Shown here: positions 59,899 through 64,000 of the stretch, in pieces
Layout of the letters: each line of letters starts with the position of its first letter
Numbering within the stretch: the stretch's first letter is position 1
From: Bacteroidota bacterium
Lineage (GTDB): Bacteria > Bacteroidota > Bacteroidia > Bacteroidales > B39-G9
Length of the DNA stretch: 64,000 nucleotides
Reading direction: 5' to 3'
Assembly: GCA_015222055.1 (NCBI GenBank)
Contig: JADFUR010000116.1
Coordinates: forward strand, 93,658-157,657
Notes under the pieces: model-generated
The model's database searches: none
The model's input: the letters and a program-made list of their open reading frames with translations, nothing else
Told to the model about the DNA's origin: nothing
Translations under genes and position numbers: made by a program

Positions 59899-62307
59899 TT
59901 GATGGAAGATAATTTAGTAATTGTGGAGTCTCCTGCAAAAGCAAAGACTATAGAAAAATTTTTAGGAAAGGAATATGTTGTAAAATCCAGCTTTGGACAT
60001 ATAAGAGATTTGTCGAAAAAAAAATTGGGTATTGATGTTGAGAATGATTATAAACCAAATTATGAAGTTTCTCCCGACAAGAAAAAAATTGTTTCGGAAT
60101 TGAGAAAATTAACAAAAAATGCTAAAACAGTATGGATCGCATCTGATGAAGATAGAGAAGGGGAAGCTATTGCGTGGCATTTGTTCGACGAATTAAAATT
60201 AAAAAAAGAAAACACAAAAAGAATTGTCTTTCACGAAATTACAAAAAAAGCAATATTAAAATCTATTGAAAATCCAAGAGGTATTAATCTTGAAATTGTT
60301 AATGCTCAACAAGCTCGTCGTATTCTTGATAGATTGGTTGGCTTCGAATTGTCGCCTATTCTATGGAAAAAAATTAAACCATCGTTATCTGCGGGTCGAG
60401 TTCAGTCTGTCGCTGTTCGTTTATTAGTTGAAAGAGAAAGAGAAATTATTGCATTCAAAAATGAAGCTTTCTATAAATTAAGTGCATTATTTAATGTGAG
60501 TATTAGTGATAAAACTTATGAGTTTAAGGCTGATTTGTCAAAACGTTTTGATAAGAAAAAAGAAGTCTTGGAATTTTTAGAAACGTCAAAGTCTTCAACA
60601 TATAAAGTAGCAGATGTAATAAAGAAACCAACAAAAAAATCACCTCTTGCTCCTTTTACTACCTCAACCTTACAACAAGAAGCATCTCGTAAGTTTAATT
60701 TTTCAGTTTCTCAAACAATGATGGTTGCTCAAAAGTTATACGAATCGGGAAAAATAACCTACATGAGAACAGATTCTGTTAATTTATCAGATTTTGCTCT
60801 TGCTGCTTCAAAAGATGTTATTGTTTCTAATTATGGCGATGAGTATTCGAAAACAAGAAAATTTAAAACAAAATCAAAATCTGCACAAGAAGCTCACGAA
60901 GCTATTCGTCCTACTTCCCTCGATAAAATGACTGCTGGTGGAAGCGATGCCGAGAAAAAGCTTTATCAACTTATATGGAAAAGAACAATTGCTTCGCAGA
61001 TGTCAGAAGCAAAATTTGAGAAAACGAATATCAACATAGATATATCTAATTCCGATTATAAATTTTTGACTACCGGTGAAGTACTTAAATTTGATGGTTT
61101 TCTAAAAGTTTATGAGATATCGGAGAGTAACGATAATTCAAAAATATTACTGCCACCATTAAGTAAAAATGATGTTTTGGATATGAATACTGTTAATGCA
61201 ATTCAACGTTTTACACATCATCCTGCAAGATATACTGAAGCAGCTTTAGTGAAAAAATTAGAAGAATTGGGTATTGGACGTCCTTCAACTTATGCTCCAA
61301 TTATTTCAACTGTTCAGAAAAGAGGGTATGCTTTAAAAGAAAATCGAGATGGGGAAATGCGTGAGTATAATTTTGTTTCGTTAGTCAACAATAATATTAT
61401 TGATGAGATTAAGACAGAAACAACTGGAGCTGAAAAATCAAAATTATTTCCAACAGACATTGGTATTGTAGTAAATGATTTTTTGGTTGAGTATTTTAAA
61501 GATATTCTTGATTTCAATTTCACGGCTTCTGTTGAGAAAGAGTTTGATGAAATCGCAAATGGTAATCTTGTTTGGAACAAAATGATTGATAAGTTTTATA
61601 AACCATTTCATAAAAAGGTTGAAGAAACCCTTGAAAATTCTGAACGTAAATCTGGTGAACGCAAATTGGGTATTGATAAAGCTTCAGGTAAAGAATTACT
61701 TGTGCGTATCGGTAGATATGGCCCTATGGCACAAATTGGTAAAACCGACGATGAGGAAAAACCAAGATATGCAAAATTAACTAGAGAGCAACATATTGAA
61801 ACTATTACTCTGCAAGAGGCACTTGATTTATTCAGGCTCCCTAGGCTTGTTGGTGAATATGAAGATAAAGAAGTATCTGTCGCTATTGGTCGGTTTGGAC
61901 CTTATGTGAAACATGACAATAAGTTTTTTTCATTAAAGAAAGGGGTTGATGATCCATATACTGTAAGTAAGGATAGATCTATTGAAATTATTGAAGAAAA
62001 AAGAGAATATGACAGAAAAAAAACTATAAAAGTTTTTGACCAAGAAATCCCAATCAAAATACTTAATGGTCGTTGGGGACCTTATATCTCTTATAATAAA
62101 AAGAATTTTAAAATACCAAAAAATGTTGAGCCTGAAAGCTTATCTTTAGAAGCTTGTCTTGAAATTATTAATGCTGTAGCTGAGCCTAAAAAGACAAAGC
62201 CAAAGACAAATACTAAGGCTAAAGCCAAAACTAAAACTAAAACTAAAGCAAAAACTAAAGCAAAAGCAAAGACAAAGACAAAAACAAAAACTTCAAAGAA
62301 AGAATAA
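59899..62307 (+). CDS. topA: DNA topoisomerase I with Lys-rich C-terminal tail
   Basis: Toprim LVIVESPAKAKTIEKFLG and DEDREGE. Active-site Tyr region ITYMRTDS. C-terminal repeats with GRFGPY/GRWGPY. The final ~39 aa are K/T/A only. The start may be ATG 59902 rather than TTG 59899. Confidence 0.96.
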   Translation: MMEDNLVIVESPAKAKTIEKFLGKEYVVKSSFGHIRDLSKKKLGIDVENDYKPNYEVSPDKKKIVSELRKLTKNAKTVWIASDEDREGEAIAWHLFDELKLKKENTKRIVFHEITKKAILKSIENPRGINLEIVNAQQARRILDRLVGFELSPILWKKIKPSLSAGRVQSVAVRLLVEREREIIAFKNEAFYKLSALFNVSISDKTYEFKADLSKRFDKKKEVLEFLETSKSSTYKVADVIKKPTKKSPLAPFTTSTLQQEASRKFNFSVSQTMMVAQKLYESGKITYMRTDSVNLSDFALAASKDVIVSNYGDEYSKTRKFKTKSKSAQEAHEAIRPTSLDKMTAGGSDAEKKLYQLIWKRTIASQMSEAKFEKTNINIDISNSDYKFLTTGEVLKFDGFLKVYEISESNDNSKILLPPLSKNDVLDMNTVNAIQRFTHHPARYTEAALVKKLEELGIGRPSTYAPIISTVQKRGYALKENRDGEMREYNFVSLVNNNIIDEIKTETTGAEKSKLFPTDIGIVVNDFLVEYFKDILDFNFTASVEKEFDEIANGNLVWNKMIDKFYKPFHKKVEETLENSERKSGERKLGIDKASGKELLVRIGRYGPMAQIGKTDDEEKPRYAKLTREQHIETITLQEALDLFRLPRLVGEYEDKEVSVAIGRFGPYVKHDNKFFSLKKGVDDPYTVSKDRSIEIIEEKREYDRKKTIKVFDQEIPIKILNGRWGPYISYNKKNFKIPKNVEPESLSLEACLEIINAVAEPKKTKPKTNTKAKAKTKTKTKAKTKAKAKTKTKTKTSKKE
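62188..62304 (+). repeat. low-complexity AAA-rich coding repeat encoding the (K-T/A)n tail of TopA
   Basis: Runs of aaaact / aaagca / aaagac units encode KKTKPKTNTKAKAKTKTKTKAKTKAKAKTKTKTKTSKKE. Confidence 0.8.
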
Positions 62308-62359
62308 TTGTTATTAGTAATTGCAATCAATATATGTGATATTTTTTTAAGCTAATTTA

Positions 62360-63511
62360 ATGACTTTAAAACATTATATAAATCCTGTTTCAGAAAATTT
62401 TTTTAAACAAAATGATTTAGAACTAAATCACAAATTTGGGAAAAACATAGCAACTTTTTCTTGTGATAAAAGTTTTAAAAATGAATATGATGTCGCAATA
62501 ATAGGCGTTTCAGAACAAAGAGACACTTTAAACAAAGGATGTGCCGAAGCCCCAGATATTATTAGAGAGAAATTATATAATTTATCTAAAATCAATAAAA
62601 ATGTAAAAGTTATTGATTTAGGTAATATTAAAACAGGGAAAACTTTAAGCGATACATATTTTGCATTAACAGAAGTCCTGTGTTTTTTAATTCAAAAAAA
62701 TATTATTCCTGTAGTAATTGGAGGAGATAGAAATTTAATATATTCAATTTTTTTGGCATATCAAAAATTTGCAAACACTATAAATATCGTCTCAATTGAT
62801 TCTAAATTAGATTTGTTGCAAAGAGACGGGAATATAAATCAAACATATTTAAGTAAGATTATTGAAGAAAAAAGCGAAAGTTTTTTTAATTATACCAATA
62901 TTGGATATCAATCATACTTGGTTTCTCCTGATGAGATTCAATTAATGAATACAATGTTTTTTGATGCCCTTCGTCTTGGTTTTGCTCATGGCAACATTAT
63001 TGAAACAGAACCCGTTCTTCGCGATGCAGATATTTTGAGTTTTAACATTGATTCAATAAAACAATCAGAAGCACCAGGTTATTACGACCCGTCTCCTAAT
63101 GGATTTTATAGCGAAGAAGTTTGTCAATTAGCAAAATATTCAGGGATGAGCTGTAAATTATCAACATTCTGCATGTTTGGAGTGAATCCTAAGTATGATA
63201 TAAATAATCAGACCTCTCATCTAGCAGCACAAATTGTTTGGCACTTCATTCAAGGTGTATCACAGTGCCAGAACGATTCCCCTGATAGTGAATCGAAAAA
63301 CCACACAAAGTTTATTGTAAATAACTATAAAATAAACCAAAACATTACTTTTTATAAGAGTAATCTCACTTCTCGTTGGTGGGTAGAACTACCTTCGTCA
63401 AATAATAAAAAAAACAAACAGATTATCTCATGTTCTTTTAATGATTACAGGAAATTTTGCAACAATGAAATCCCTGACAGATTGTGGAAGATGATACAAA
63501 AAATTGATTAA
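62360..63511 (+). CDS. arginase/formimidoylglutamase-family protein
   Basis: 383 aa. IIGVSEQR, VVIGGDRN and SIDSKLD segments resemble the ureohydrolase metal-binding strands (normally GGDH, DAHxD). Several canonical His/Asp appear substituted, so it may not be catalytic. Confidence 0.55.
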   Translation: MTLKHYINPVSENFFKQNDLELNHKFGKNIATFSCDKSFKNEYDVAIIGVSEQRDTLNKGCAEAPDIIREKLYNLSKINKNVKVIDLGNIKTGKTLSDTYFALTEVLCFLIQKNIIPVVIGGDRNLIYSIFLAYQKFANTINIVSIDSKLDLLQRDGNINQTYLSKIIEEKSESFFNYTNIGYQSYLVSPDEIQLMNTMFFDALRLGFAHGNIIETEPVLRDADILSFNIDSIKQSEAPGYYDPSPNGFYSEEVCQLAKYSGMSCKLSTFCMFGVNPKYDINNQTSHLAAQIVWHFIQGVSQCQNDSPDSESKNHTKFIVNNYKINQNITFYKSNLTSRWWVELPSSNNKKNKQIISCSFNDYRKFCNNEIPDRLWKMIQKID

Positions 63512-63693
63512 CATACGTTATTATTACACAGATTTCTAAAATAAAAAGATGAAACTTTCATGCTTAACGGTCGTACATAATTAAGAAGTAATATTTGTCT
63601 TGTTAATTTAAAATTGTTAATTAAATTTGTGTGAATGGTTTTTTTTTGTTTATTTTACCTTTTAATAATGACAAAACAGCTTGAAAATATAAT

Positions 63694-64000
63694 ATGAAAA
63701 AATTTTTTTCTTTAAGTATATTATTATTGATTTTTTATGTTTCAAGTGCTCAGTACGACTCGCAGTTTTGTTTAAATATGTTTAATCATATGGCAATTAA
63801 TCCTGGTTATGCTGGTAGCAAAGATGCTGTTTCTTTAGTTTTGCTTGGACGTGAGCAATGGATGGGATTCGATGGTGCACCAACAACACAGGTCTTTAGT
63901 ATTCACACTCCGTTTAAATTATTTAATGCACAACATGGAGCAGGCTTGTCATTATCAAATGATAAAATAGGATTCGAAACAAATCTGGGTATTCATTTAG
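63694..64000 (+). CDS. PorP/SprF-family T9SS membrane protein (5' part, runs off the window)
   Basis: My own translation from ATG 63694: MKKFFSLSILLLIFYVSSAQYDSQFCLNMFNHMAINPGYAGSKDAVSLVLLGREQWMGFDGAPTTQVFSIHTP... This matches the PorP/SprF N-terminal signature (Q.D.QFSQYMFN...INPAYAG...R.QW.GF.GAP.T). It is not in the ORF track because no stop lies within the window. Confidence 0.85.
   Translation, partial: MKKFFSLSILLLIFYVSSAQYDSQFCLNMFNHMAINPGYAGSKDAVSLVLLGREQWMGFDGAPTTQVFSIHTPFKLFNAQHGAGLSLSNDKIGFETNLGIHL

Overview
This is a strongly AT-rich, densely coding 64-kb stretch of a Bacteroidota chromosome. The phylum call rests on GldF/GldG, a PorP/SprF gene, two proteins with T9SS C-terminal sorting domains, recurrent TAnnTTTG -7 promoter motifs, short or absent leaders, and the conserved glmS-DUF4270-glycogen synthase-panC-panD neighbourhood. 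About 45 genes can be called, and most are ordinary housekeeping. They cover translation (rpmE2, lepA, rsgA, gatB, pheS), replication and repair (dnaN, topA, radA, tag, a DnaQ-like exonuclease), envelope synthesis (PBP1A, PbpC, glmS, galE, rfbB, rfaE2, PAP2, SPOR), cofactors (ribF, panC, panD), rpoN and gliding/T9SS parts. I found no tRNA, rRNA, CRISPR array, transposase, integrase, phage gene or recognisable defence-system gene. I cannot honestly point to a clear new multi-gene system. The parts that deserve a second look are listed here.
1. A small accessory island at about 15.8-18.8 kb. Its promoter region carries a perfect 24-bp palindrome fused to a G12 tract. Downstream lie an orphan Cys-rich lipoprotein gene, whose signal peptide is interrupted by an in-frame TAG, and a T9SS-secreted beta-helix protein.
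2. A 2045-aa T9SS surface protein with about 16 PKD-like modules. Nine of them form a tandem array, followed by dockerin-like and cohesin-like modules.
3. An alpha-2-macroglobulin gene broken by a single-base frameshift in a homopolymer just after its CIEQ thioester motif, next to an intact pbpC.
4. A leaderless eukaryote-type LRR protein.
5. An unusually long gatB/ribF spacer with an imperfect inverted repeat and a near-consensus sigma-54 element.
All product names come from motif recognition in the supplied translations. No database search was possible.
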